From Bdellovibrionales bacterium (GTDB lineage Bacteria; Bdellovibrionota; Bdellovibrionia; Bdellovibrionales; UBA1609), in assembly GCA_965200875.1 (NCBI GenBank), contig OZ241456.1:576001-640000 (forward strand): a stretch of 64,000 bases of DNA, read 5' to 3'. Positions 40,195 through 49,140 of this stretch are shown here, in pieces. A program made the translations under genes and the position numbers. The notes under the pieces are model-generated. The model did no database searches. It was not told the DNA's origin and saw only the letters and a program-made list of their open reading frames with translations. Every line of letters starts with the position of its first letter. The first letter of the stretch is position 1.

Positions 40195-40731
40195 ATGTGG
40201 ACTGTATCTTTTCGCCTAGGATTGTTGTTTGTATTTTGTATTTCTGGTTGCGGTAAAAAACCAACTAAGCCAAGAGTTGGAAAACCGCCGGTAGATTCCA
40301 CTACAAAAAGTCCTGGCACTACTCCTCCAACCGGAGGAACTGGTAATACTCCTCCAGTTACTCCTCCTCCTTCTGGCCACATTCCTAGTTCAGAGGTTAA
40401 AAAAGAATTTGTATATGTTTTTAAATATACAGGCAGAAGGACTTGTTCATCTTCTGCAACAGATGTAAGTATGATGATATATGATCTGCACGAATTAGGT
40501 ATTCCAGTATATGATTCATTTGCAACAAAAGATGGTAGTAAAAAACCTGATGGATGCGGAAAAAAAACACCTGATATCAATGTGTATCGTATTGACCGAT
40601 CTCACTTGCAGTTAAGTGAAGACCGTGGAGGTTTTTGTGAGTGTAAGCTTAAATCTGAAAAAACTGACTCTGAAAAACCCGTATGCGTTCCTTATGAATA
40701 CGAAAACGAAATACAGCCTGCCTGTAATTAA
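40195..40731 (+). CDS. Lipoprotein with Pro/Thr linker and one copy of the same Cys domain
   Basis: Lipobox ISGC; VFKYTG...C...DG...GCG...DINVYRID. Confidence 0.7.
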   Translation: MWTVSFRLGLLFVFCISGCGKKPTKPRVGKPPVDSTTKSPGTTPPTGGTGNTPPVTPPPSGHIPSSEVKKEFVYVFKYTGRRTCSSSATDVSMMIYDLHELGIPVYDSFATKDGSKKPDGCGKKTPDINVYRIDRSHLQLSEDRGGFCECKLKSEKTDSEKPVCVPYEYENEIQPACN

Positions 40732-40875
40732 TGGTTTTTGAAAAAGTATGTTATTTTCCTGGATTCCCGTTTTCACGGGACTGAAAGCCAACAACTTTGC
40801 TTTCAGTTTCCTTGGGAAAGTACATGAAAAAAGAGTGTGATAGTTGAAGCACTATGGGTTTTTCATGGGTGACTA
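40729..40875 (+). mobile_element. MITE-like element, type 1 (copy B)
   Basis: Interior nearly identical to 14200-14345; ends taatggtttttgaaaaa / tttttcatgggtgacta. Confidence 0.85.
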
Positions 40876-40877
40876 AT

Positions 40878-41045
40878 TAATGGTTTTTGAAAAAGGTTGT
40901 TTATATGTACAGCTTATTTGCTCATACCTCATCACTTGGTCTCAAACATGCGTTTTGCCACGCACGCGTCTTCCAGTCGAGCTGTGCTCAAAGCCGAACT
41001 CACATCGCGGAGGGTATGAGTAATAAGTTTTTTCCCAAGCTACTA
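40878..41045. mobile_element. MITE-like element, type 3, in tandem after copy B
   Basis: Left end identical to that of B; right end tttttcccaagctacta; interior partly repeated at 7187-7232. Confidence 0.65.
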
Positions 41046-41113
41046 ATTATTTTTTTTTTATTTTTTCTCCCGAAGGTTTTTCACAGGATAGTCTGCCTCC
41101 AGCGGTTCCTTAT

Positions 41114-41365
41114 ATGGATCAGGTCGTAAAAAGAAAAAAAACTGTTATTGTGGAGAAATGTTTAAAACATATTGAATGGGAAACAGGTTTTATGATGGTG
41201 GAACTTAAGGTATCTAAGGAAGGAAAAACAAGTGCTAGGTTAGTGGCGACAGAATTGGAAAATGAGAAATTTCTAACTTGTGTTTTGTCCGTATTAAACA
41301 GGATCCAATTTAAAAAATTTGCAAAAACAATTATAACCCGTATTTACCGTTTTTTTATTTTGTAA
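41114..41365 (+). CDS. Small AgmX/PglI C-terminal (TonB-C-like) domain protein, possibly 5'-truncated
   Basis: EKCL...GFMMVELKVSKEGK...FLTCVLSVLNRIQF pattern similar to the GltG C-terminus. Confidence 0.5.
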   Translation: MDQVVKRKKTVIVEKCLKHIEWETGFMMVELKVSKEGKTSARLVATELENEKFLTCVLSVLNRIQFKKFAKTIITRIYRFFIL

Positions 41366-41421
41366 CCATATTTCGGTGGTAGGTGTAAATAAATGGGATT
41401 GAATTATGGAGAACATATAAT

Positions 41422-42417
41422 TTGAAAAAAATTAAAATAGGCATTAATGGTTTTGGCCGGATTGGCCGTTGCCTGTTGCGTCTGGGTTTGGAAGAATTGG
41501 ATATTGTGGCTGTAAACAGTCGCTCTTCCATTGCAATGGCTACACATCTGCTTAAGTATGACAGTATTCATGGAACATATCCAAAATCGATTTCCCTTTT
41601 AAACAATCAGATTCAGGTTGGCGAAAAGAAAATAATTTATAATTCTTACCCTCATCCTGCTGAAATTCCCTGGAGTCAATGGGGTGTGGATTTGGTATTG
41701 GAATGTTCTGGTTTTTTTAAGAAAAGAGAAGACTTGGAGGGACATTTTAAAGGTGGCGCGAAAATGGTTTTTGTATCCGCCCCGGCTAAAGGAGAGGATT
41801 TTACTGTAATATATGGGGTGAACCACCACTTATTTCAATCAGAGAAACATAAAATTATCAGTAATGGTTCCTGCACTACCAATTGCCTAGCTCCTTTGAT
41901 AAAAGTACTGGATGAGAAGTTTAAAATACAGGATTTAATGTTTACAACAGTGCATGCCTATACTCAGGATCAAAAACTTTTGGATGCTTCACACAAAAAA
42001 GATTTGCGGAGGGCGCGTTCTGCCACGCTTTCCATGATTCCCACCAGTACAGGAGCTGTAAAAGCACTGACTAGGGTTTTTCCAAATTTAGCCGGTAAAA
42101 TAAATGGTCTGGCCGTTCGTGTTCCTACAGCTAATGTGAGTTTGGTGGATTTAGTGTTTCGCTCTCAGCTTAAAATAAGCTCTCAAATTATAAACTCCGC
42201 TTTTCTATCCGCCGAAAAAACAGATTTAAAAGCTGTGCTGGCCTGTGAGGAAAAAGAACTGGTTAGTGTGGATTTTAATGGAAGTCTCTACAGCTCTGTT
42301 GTGGATACTTCCTGTACAATGGTGACGGAAGATGGTTTGGGGAAAGTGTTGGCTTGGTACGACAACGAGACTGGTTTTTCCCAAAGAATGATTGATTTCA
42401 TAAAATATTGCCTGTAA
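41422..42417 (+). CDS. gap: Glyceraldehyde-3-phosphate dehydrogenase, type I
   Basis: INGFGRIGR, SNGSCTTNCLAP, WYDNETG. Confidence 0.97.
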   Translation: MKKIKIGINGFGRIGRCLLRLGLEELDIVAVNSRSSIAMATHLLKYDSIHGTYPKSISLLNNQIQVGEKKIIYNSYPHPAEIPWSQWGVDLVLECSGFFKKREDLEGHFKGGAKMVFVSAPAKGEDFTVIYGVNHHLFQSEKHKIISNGSCTTNCLAPLIKVLDEKFKIQDLMFTTVHAYTQDQKLLDASHKKDLRRARSATLSMIPTSTGAVKALTRVFPNLAGKINGLAVRVPTANVSLVDLVFRSQLKISSQIINSAFLSAEKTDLKAVLACEEKELVSVDFNGSLYSSVVDTSCTMVTEDGLGKVLAWYDNETGFSQRMIDFIKYCL

Positions 42418-42473
42418 ATTATTTTTCAAGGTTTTCTTTGTATTTTTATTAAGGTTTTTGTATTTTCTGGTTT

Positions 42474-43685
42474 ATGTTCAGACGGAATATCTACTCCATT
42501 GATGATTTTGATTTAAAGAATAAAACTGTTTTTATTCGAACAGACTTTAACATTCCTGTTAAAAACGGAAAAGTGGAGGAGCATATTCGCCTGCAACGCG
42601 CACTTACCACTTTGCGATACGCTCTTGAACATCAAGCTAAAGTTATCATTGGCAGTCATCGTGGTCGTCCGGTGGCAAATAATAAAAAGGAATTGAGTTT
42701 AGAACCGTTTGGTTATTATCTGGGAAAACATTTGAATTGTGAGGTATTGTTTATTGAAGAAATTGACTCCCCAGTTCCCTCTGTTTTGCTTTCTTCTTTA
42801 AACGAGAAGAAAATTATTTTACTGGAAAATCTGAGATTCCACCCGGGTGAGGAAACAGGAGATGAAAAGTGGGCAGAGCAAATATCCTCTTATGTGGATA
42901 TTTACATTAACGAGGCATTTAGTGTTTCCCATAGAAAGCATACCAGCGTATGTGCTCTTCCTCGGAAAGTAAAGACACGGGGTCAGGGTTTTTCCATGAA
43001 GAAAGAAAGAGAGGTATTGGATTATATTCGAAATGACTCTCCTTCTCCTTTTATGTTGTTGATAGGAGGTGTAAAGATTGGTGACAAGATAAAAGCCATT
43101 AGCCGTTTAATGGATCGTGTGGATTCTGTTTTGATAGGAGGAAGTATGGCTTGTGCTTTTTTAAAGGCTGATGGAGTTTATACCGGAGAGGTTTTCGTGA
43201 AAAAAGAAAGTGTGAAAGTTGCTGAGGATTTTATGAATCGTCTTCGGGTTCGTGGAAAAAAATTATTATTGCCTGTGGATCATATTGTGGTACCGGTTAA
43301 TGGAAATAAAAATAAAACACAGGTTGTTTCAAGAGACGCAGTACCAAAAGGTTTTTGTCCTATGGATATAGGACCTAAAACTTCAGAGCTTTTTGCTTCT
43401 GCTTTGCAGAAAGCGCAAACTATTTTTTGGAATGGGCCTTTTGGAAAATTTGAAGATCCTTTATTTGAGAAAGGGACAAATTCTTTATGTGAAGCTATCT
43501 CTGCCTGTAAAGGTGCTTTTCGGGTGGTGGGGGGTGGTGATTCCATTTCTGCGGTTTTGAAATCCGGGAAAAATGAATGTTTCGACTATATCTCCACGGG
43601 TGGTGGTGCGGGGTTAAAATATTTGGAGCAGGGCAGTCTTCCCGGCATTCAAAGTTTAATCACCAAAGAGGAAGAAAGCAGATGA
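42474..43685 (+). CDS. pgk: Phosphoglycerate kinase
   Basis: DFNIP, LLENLRF, DIGP, WNGPFG.FE, GGGDS, ISTGGGA. Confidence 0.95.
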   Translation: MFRRNIYSIDDFDLKNKTVFIRTDFNIPVKNGKVEEHIRLQRALTTLRYALEHQAKVIIGSHRGRPVANNKKELSLEPFGYYLGKHLNCEVLFIEEIDSPVPSVLLSSLNEKKIILLENLRFHPGEETGDEKWAEQISSYVDIYINEAFSVSHRKHTSVCALPRKVKTRGQGFSMKKEREVLDYIRNDSPSPFMLLIGGVKIGDKIKAISRLMDRVDSVLIGGSMACAFLKADGVYTGEVFVKKESVKVAEDFMNRLRVRGKKLLLPVDHIVVPVNGNKNKTQVVSRDAVPKGFCPMDIGPKTSELFASALQKAQTIFWNGPFGKFEDPLFEKGTNSLCEAISACKGAFRVVGGGDSISAVLKSGKNECFDYISTGGGAGLKYLEQGSLPGIQSLITKEEESR

Positions 43686-44296
43686 AATCAAAAGTTGCTT
43701 TGGATAAAATGATTTTAGCCAGTGGTTCTGTTTCCAGAAGGCAACAATTAATAGATCTAAAGTTTAAATTTACTGTTGAAGTCTCCGGTATTGATGAGAG
43801 TTCTTATAAAGAAAAAATTGGAAAAGGTCATTTTGCGGAAGAAATATGCCAGCAACTTACCCGTGCAAAAGTGGAAAAGGTGGCAAAGAAATATCCTTCT
43901 GCTCTTGTTTTGGGAGGGGATCAAATGGCGGTTCTGGGTGATCGGATATTTGACAAGCCACATACAAAAGAGCAGGCTTTGCGATCTTTGATGGCACTTC
44001 AGGGAAAAACCCATCGTCTGTTAACGGGCCTTCATATTTGTTATCAGAAAAAGGTTTTTTCTTATTTGGAGATAAACAAGATGACAATGCGAGCACTGAC
44101 AGAATCTCAAATTAAAAAGTATGTGGAAATAGCCAAGCCATTACATTGTGCAGGTTCTTACGCATTGGAGCGATATGGGATTGCTCTATTTGAAAAAATA
44201 GACACAAAAGACCAAAGTGCTGTTATTGGTTTTCCTCTTATAGCACTTATCAATCAGCTGACGAAATGGAATATTTCTCTCCCGTTTTTTGATTAA
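43682..44296 (+). CDS. maf: Maf nucleoside triphosphate pyrophosphatase (YceF-like)
   Basis: ILASGS..RR, GGDQ, KP, CAGSYALE; ATG 43682 overlaps the pgk stop. Confidence 0.9.
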   Translation: MKSKVALDKMILASGSVSRRQQLIDLKFKFTVEVSGIDESSYKEKIGKGHFAEEICQQLTRAKVEKVAKKYPSALVLGGDQMAVLGDRIFDKPHTKEQALRSLMALQGKTHRLLTGLHICYQKKVFSYLEINKMTMRALTESQIKKYVEIAKPLHCAGSYALERYGIALFEKIDTKDQSAVIGFPLIALINQLTKWNISLPFFD

Positions 44297-44501
44297 GCGA
44301 GTTTTTAGAGGTGGTTGGTTTTGACATTATATTTTATCCGGCTAAACTGTTTAAAGCTTTTTCTTTGTATTGAAAGAACTGTTTGAACCTTTGCACTATA
44401 AACCAGAAGTTACTTGTTTTTTTCTTTGGCAGTTATTATACTCCTCCTGTTTTAAATTACCGGAAAGAAAACCCAGATTAATTTACACTGGCGAAAGTAA
44501 A

Positions 44502-45545
44502 ATGGCAAAATGGACTTATTTTCATAATATGGATCCTTTTATTATTCAGTTTACGGATAATTTCGGGCTGAGATGGTATTCTATGGCTTATATTATTGGA
44601 TTCTTCTTAGGTTATTTATTAATAAAAAGATTGGTAGAGAAAAATATTAGTCCACTTTCCAAAAAGGATGCAAGTGACTGTATTATTTGGATGGCTTTTG
44701 GAGTGATTCTTGGAGGGAGATTGGGGTATGCTGTATTTTATGCCCCTGAAATTTTGTTGGATTTTGATTCTCATTTTCCTTATTGGGAGGCTATAAAAAT
44801 ACATCATGGAGGTTTAGCTAGTCACGGAGGTATTATAGGTTTGGTGTTAGCCACTTTGTTGTTTGCAAAAAAGCGGGGTTTTTCCCCTTATCACTGTCTG
44901 GATTTAACAGTTTTAGGAGGCTTGGGGGTTTTTTGTGGAAGGATAGCCAATTTCATTAATGGGGAATTATATGGAAGAGTCATAGAAGGGAAAACTCTAT
45001 GGGCTGTTCAGTTTCCACAGGAAATGCTGTCATGGGTGTCTCAGAAGAAATTCGAATCTTTAAAAAGTTTATCCACTGCGTTCTCTAAACTGCAATCAAA
45101 TGTCAATCCAGATATGTGGAGGGACTGGATTTATCAATTTGAATCCAGTGGAAGTTATAAAGCGCAAATTTATTCTGCTATTCACTTTTTAATGGAATCC
45201 TGTAAAGAAGGAAATAAAGAAGTGATTTCCTCTTTAAAAGAGGTATTGCCTTTTCGTCATCCTTCCCAGCTCTATCAGGCTTTTTTGGAAGGTTTGTTTC
45301 CGTTTTTGATCGCTTGGTTTTTGTTCAATAAAAGACATTTAAAACCAGGGATGATTGGTGTTGTCTGGGCTTTATGTTACGGCTTTATGCGAATATTGGG
45401 GGAGCAATTCAGACAACCGGATGCTCATTTGGGTTTTGAAGCTTTAGGTCTGACCCGCGGGCAGTGGTTGAGTATATTTATGCTTGTATGTATTGTGATT
45501 TATTTTGTTTTTGTTTTAAGAAGTCGCCAAAAATCACTTAAATAA
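44502..45545 (+). CDS. lgt: Prolipoprotein diacylglyceryl transferase
   Basis: LRWYS, GGRLGY, GGLASHGG, GRIANFINGELYGR, RHPSQLY, EQFRQPD, TRGQWLS. Confidence 0.95.
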   Translation: MAKWTYFHNMDPFIIQFTDNFGLRWYSMAYIIGFFLGYLLIKRLVEKNISPLSKKDASDCIIWMAFGVILGGRLGYAVFYAPEILLDFDSHFPYWEAIKIHHGGLASHGGIIGLVLATLLFAKKRGFSPYHCLDLTVLGGLGVFCGRIANFINGELYGRVIEGKTLWAVQFPQEMLSWVSQKKFESLKSLSTAFSKLQSNVNPDMWRDWIYQFESSGSYKAQIYSAIHFLMESCKEGNKEVISSLKEVLPFRHPSQLYQAFLEGLFPFLIAWFLFNKRHLKPGMIGVVWALCYGFMRILGEQFRQPDAHLGFEALGLTRGQWLSIFMLVCIVIYFVFVLRSRQKSLK

Positions 45546-45636
45546 TCTACCAGTTTTTTTGTTCCATCTGCTTGACAAAATTTATTTTGTACACACCTTT
45601 AAGGTAAATTAAATATTAAAACAGGAGGTGTTTTTT

Positions 45637-46113
45637 ATGAACTTAAGACTATATCAGAACAAACCTGTAAGCTGGTTTGATGATTTTGCACATTCTATGG
45701 ATCATTTCTGGAATACTCCATTGGCAAAAAATGAGAGGGAGTTTTTTCCGGCTTGTGATTTTCAGGAAAACAAAGATTATTACTTTTTCAGCTTTGATGT
45801 TCCGGGGATGAAAAAAGAGGATATTCAAATTGAATTTCACGATGGTAGTGTGCGTATTTCTGGAGAAAAAAAGGATGAGTACAAGGGACAAAACACCGAA
45901 GGTCAGAAATTTCGTGAAAAATTTTATGGCAAGTTTCAAAGATCTTTCTCTCTTCCGGCTACAGTAAAAGAGGACGCTATTGAAGCTCATTATAAAAACG
46001 GCGTTTTGGAGTTGTTGATTCCTAAAAAAGAAGCCAGTAAAGGTAGAAAAATATCAGTAAAGGAAGAAAACAAGGGCGGACTTTTCTCTCGCTTGTTGAA
46101 AGACAGTGATTAA
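45637..46113 (+). CDS. Hsp20/alpha-crystallin small heat shock protein
   Basis: DVPGMKKEDI, FQRSFSLP, AHYKNGVL..IPK; RBS aggagg. Confidence 0.93.
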   Translation: MNLRLYQNKPVSWFDDFAHSMDHFWNTPLAKNEREFFPACDFQENKDYYFFSFDVPGMKKEDIQIEFHDGSVRISGEKKDEYKGQNTEGQKFREKFYGKFQRSFSLPATVKEDAIEAHYKNGVLELLIPKKEASKGRKISVKEENKGGLFSRLLKDSD

Positions 46114-46198
46114 GCTCATCCTTTTTGACCAAACTGATAAAGCTTTTAACGCATTTTTATTACTTGATTTTTTTATAAAAGGTGTGGAAAATAACTAC

Positions 46199-46233
46199 AC
46201 GGGAAGTCCTAAGTAGAAGGGCTTTCCGTTTTT
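46199..46233 (+). terminator. Putative intrinsic terminator after hsp20
   Basis: Stem acgggaagtcct / agggctttccgt (with G-U pairs) followed by a short T run. Confidence 0.4.
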
Positions 46234-46289
46234 CCACTACACTTTGAAGCAGGCTTTGGGTGCACAGCGGATGAAGGAGTTAATATATA

Positions 46290-47705
46290 ATGAAAAAAGA
46301 AATTAAATCTTATGATTTGATAATAATCGGTGCGGGACCAGGAGGTTACACGGGAGCTATTCGTGCGAGACAACTAGGACTGAAAACCGCCGTTGTGGAA
46401 AAAGACAAAGCTCTGGGAGGCACCTGTTTGAATGTGGGTTGCATTCCCTCAAAAGCTCTTTTGGATTCTTCTGAACATTATCATTTTGCCAGAGAGGAAA
46501 TGAGTGCTCACGGTGTAAAAGCTGATTCTGTTTCTTTGGATCTGACAACCATGATGAATCGCAAGAGTAAAATCGTAAAAGAGCTTACCGGAGGCATTCA
46601 GTATCTGTTCCAAAAAAATAAAATTGATCGCTATGAAGGAACAGGAGCTTTTATGGGATCGTCTCATCAAGTGCAGGTCACAAAAGGTTCAAATACCCAG
46701 ATTATTGAAGGCAAACACATTATGCTTGCCACAGGGAGTGCTCCTAATCCTCTGCCCAATATACCTTTTGACGGCGAAAGAGTTATTTCCTCCACAGAAG
46801 CCTTGAGTTTAAATAAAGTTCCAAACACACTTTTAATCGTTGGAGGTGGATATATTGGCTTGGAGATGGCTTCAGTTTGGTCCCGGCTTGGTGCGGAAGT
46901 AATTGTTCTGGAATACGCAGATCGGCTTTGCCCAATGATGGATCAGGAACTATCTAAAGCATTATTAAAAGTATTGCGGAAACAAAAAATAAAAATCCTT
47001 TTGCAAAGTGCAGTTCAGAAAACCAAACCTGTAAAGTCCGGTGTAGAATTGCTATACACAAACAAAGAAGGTGAAACTCTTTCTTTAACAGGGGATTATG
47101 TTTTGTTGGCTGTTGGCAGAAAACCCTACACTCAGGAGTTGGGTTTGGAAAAAGTGAATATTAAAACTGACCAAAAAGGATTTTTGCCAGTGGATGAACA
47201 ATGGAGAACGAAAGAACATCCTCATATTTTTGCTATTGGCGATCTTATTGGAGGGGCCATGCTGGCTCACAAAGCTGAAGAGGAGGGTGTGGCAGTAGCT
47301 GAAATCATTGCCGGTCAGGCTGGTCATGTTCATTATGAAACTGTCCCTTCCGTTATTTACACTTGGCCGGAGGTGGCAAGTGTGGGAAAAACAGAAGAAG
47401 AGCTGAAAATCAAATCTGTGCGATATAACTCTGGAAAGTTTCCTTTCACAGCCAATGGAAGAGCGAAAGCCCTTGGATATACGGAAGGTTTTGTGAAAAT
47501 CTTGGCTGATGCTGACACGGATCAAATTTTAGGCACACATATAATAGGCCCCAGAGCTTCTGATATGATATCAGAAGCTGTGGTGGCGATGGAATTTGGC
47601 GCGAGCAGTGAAGACTTAGCTAGAAGTTTTCATGCTCATCCCACTTTGTCTGAGGCCATGAGAGAGTCGGCCTTGAATGTGCAAAAAAGGGCGAGACAAT
47701 TTTAA
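46290..47705 (+). CDS. lpdA: Dihydrolipoyl dehydrogenase
   Basis: GAGPGG, GGTCLNVGCIPSK, GGGYIGLE, HAHPTLSE. Confidence 0.97.
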   Translation: MKKEIKSYDLIIIGAGPGGYTGAIRARQLGLKTAVVEKDKALGGTCLNVGCIPSKALLDSSEHYHFAREEMSAHGVKADSVSLDLTTMMNRKSKIVKELTGGIQYLFQKNKIDRYEGTGAFMGSSHQVQVTKGSNTQIIEGKHIMLATGSAPNPLPNIPFDGERVISSTEALSLNKVPNTLLIVGGGYIGLEMASVWSRLGAEVIVLEYADRLCPMMDQELSKALLKVLRKQKIKILLQSAVQKTKPVKSGVELLYTNKEGETLSLTGDYVLLAVGRKPYTQELGLEKVNIKTDQKGFLPVDEQWRTKEHPHIFAIGDLIGGAMLAHKAEEEGVAVAEIIAGQAGHVHYETVPSVIYTWPEVASVGKTEEELKIKSVRYNSGKFPFTANGRAKALGYTEGFVKILADADTDQILGTHIIGPRASDMISEAVVAMEFGASSEDLARSFHAHPTLSEAMRESALNVQKRARQF

Positions 47706-47951
47706 ATGAAAGGGAAAAATATACCTACTCTTGATCTTCATGGTTGTACGCGAGATGAGGTGAGCAGTCTTCTGGATCGATTCATCGTAAAACACAATAC
47801 ACATGAAGAACTACGTGTGATTGTCGGAAAAGGTCGCGGAATCGTAAAACAAAAAACCATTGAATATTTAAAAGGTGCACACTATCCTTGGAGATACGAA
47901 AAAGTGAGAGGAATAGAAAACCCAGGTGCTTTGATTGTGGATATGAGCTAG
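47706..47951 (+). CDS. Smr/MutS2 C-terminal domain protein
   Basis: LDLHG, VIVGKGRG, NPGAL. Confidence 0.85.
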   Translation: MKGKNIPTLDLHGCTRDEVSSLLDRFIVKHNTHEELRVIVGKGRGIVKQKTIEYLKGAHYPWRYEKVRGIENPGALIVDMS

Positions 47952-47992
47952 TGAATGGGATATTTGATCAACAAGCCAGAAGGAAAATACTT

Positions 47993-49112
47993 ATGAGCAT
48001 CGAAACAGAAATACATGAGTTAAAATCACAGATGGATCAGATTCGCGAAAAAACGATGGATTTGCGGAGGTATCTTTGAATTGGACTCCAAAACAGAGCA
48101 TTTGCGGGAACTGGAGTCAAAAAGTCAAGATACTTCTTTATGGAGTGATCATCAAAAACTCAATGAAATAGCCAAAGAAAAAAAAGAGATAGAGAAAATT
48201 ATTGCAGAGTGGAACAGCCTTCATCAAAGTGTGGAGGACAGTCTTGTTTTGCTGAGTTTTCTAAAAGAAGAACCTGACGAGGATTCTTTTTCTGAATTAA
48301 AACGGGAGTATTTCATTATTGCTGAACAGTTAAAGGAACTGGAGCTGAAAAGTTTTTTGAGTGGTTCTCAGGATAAAAATAATTGTTATGTGGCTATTCA
48401 TGCTGGTGCAGGAGGGACAGAAGCCGGAGATTGGGCTGGTATTTTACAAAGGATGTACTTTAAGTGGGCGGAGCAAAAAAAGTTTTCTGTTGATATATTG
48501 TCTTTGAATGAAGCGGAAGAAGCTGGTATTCGTTCTGTGCAGTTTTTGGTAAAAGGTCTTTTTGCTTATGGATACTTGCGATCGGAAACAGGAGTGCATC
48601 GTTTGGTTCGTGTGAGTCCTTTTGACGCCAATTCTCGTCGTCATACCAGTTTTTCCAGTGTTTTTGTGTACCCGGAAGTGGATGACAATATAGAAATTAC
48701 AATCCAAGATGAGGACTTGAAAGTGGACACTTATCGGGCCAGTGGAGCTGGTGGGCAACATATCAATAAAACAGACAGTGCTGTGCGTATTACGCATATC
48801 CCCACTAATATTGTCATTCAATGCCAAAATCAAAGAAGCCAGCATGCCAACCGCAATCAAGCTATGAAAATGCTTAAAGCGGCACTCTACGAAAAGGAAG
48901 AAGAAACAAGAAGAAAAGAAAAAGAGTCTTTGGAGTCTTCCAAGAAAGCCAATGAATGGGGGAGTCAGATTCGATCTTATATTTTGCATCCGTACCGCAT
49001 GGTAAAAGATCATAGAACTGGCTGGGAGGTTGGAGATCCCCATACCGTGTTAAATGGCCGGTTGGATCCTTTTATTTCTGCTTATTTGAAGAGCCACTAC
49101 AATGAAGGATAA
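47993..49112 (+). CDS. prfB: Peptide chain release factor 2 with programmed +1 frameshift at 48074-48080
   Basis: Short ORF ending RRYL-TGA; GGAGG-TAT-CTT-TGA-A; second frame has SPF and GGQ. Confidence 0.96.
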
Positions 49113-49140
49113 TGAGTAATGAATTTTTTAAGGATTAATT

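Noticed and set aside
45020..45255. Long insertion in Lgt
   Set aside because: It falls in a length-variable region of Lgt with all catalytic motifs intact; no repeat signature.
47888..49112. prfB as a split pseudogene
   Set aside because: Explained by the programmed +1 frameshift with an internal SD.
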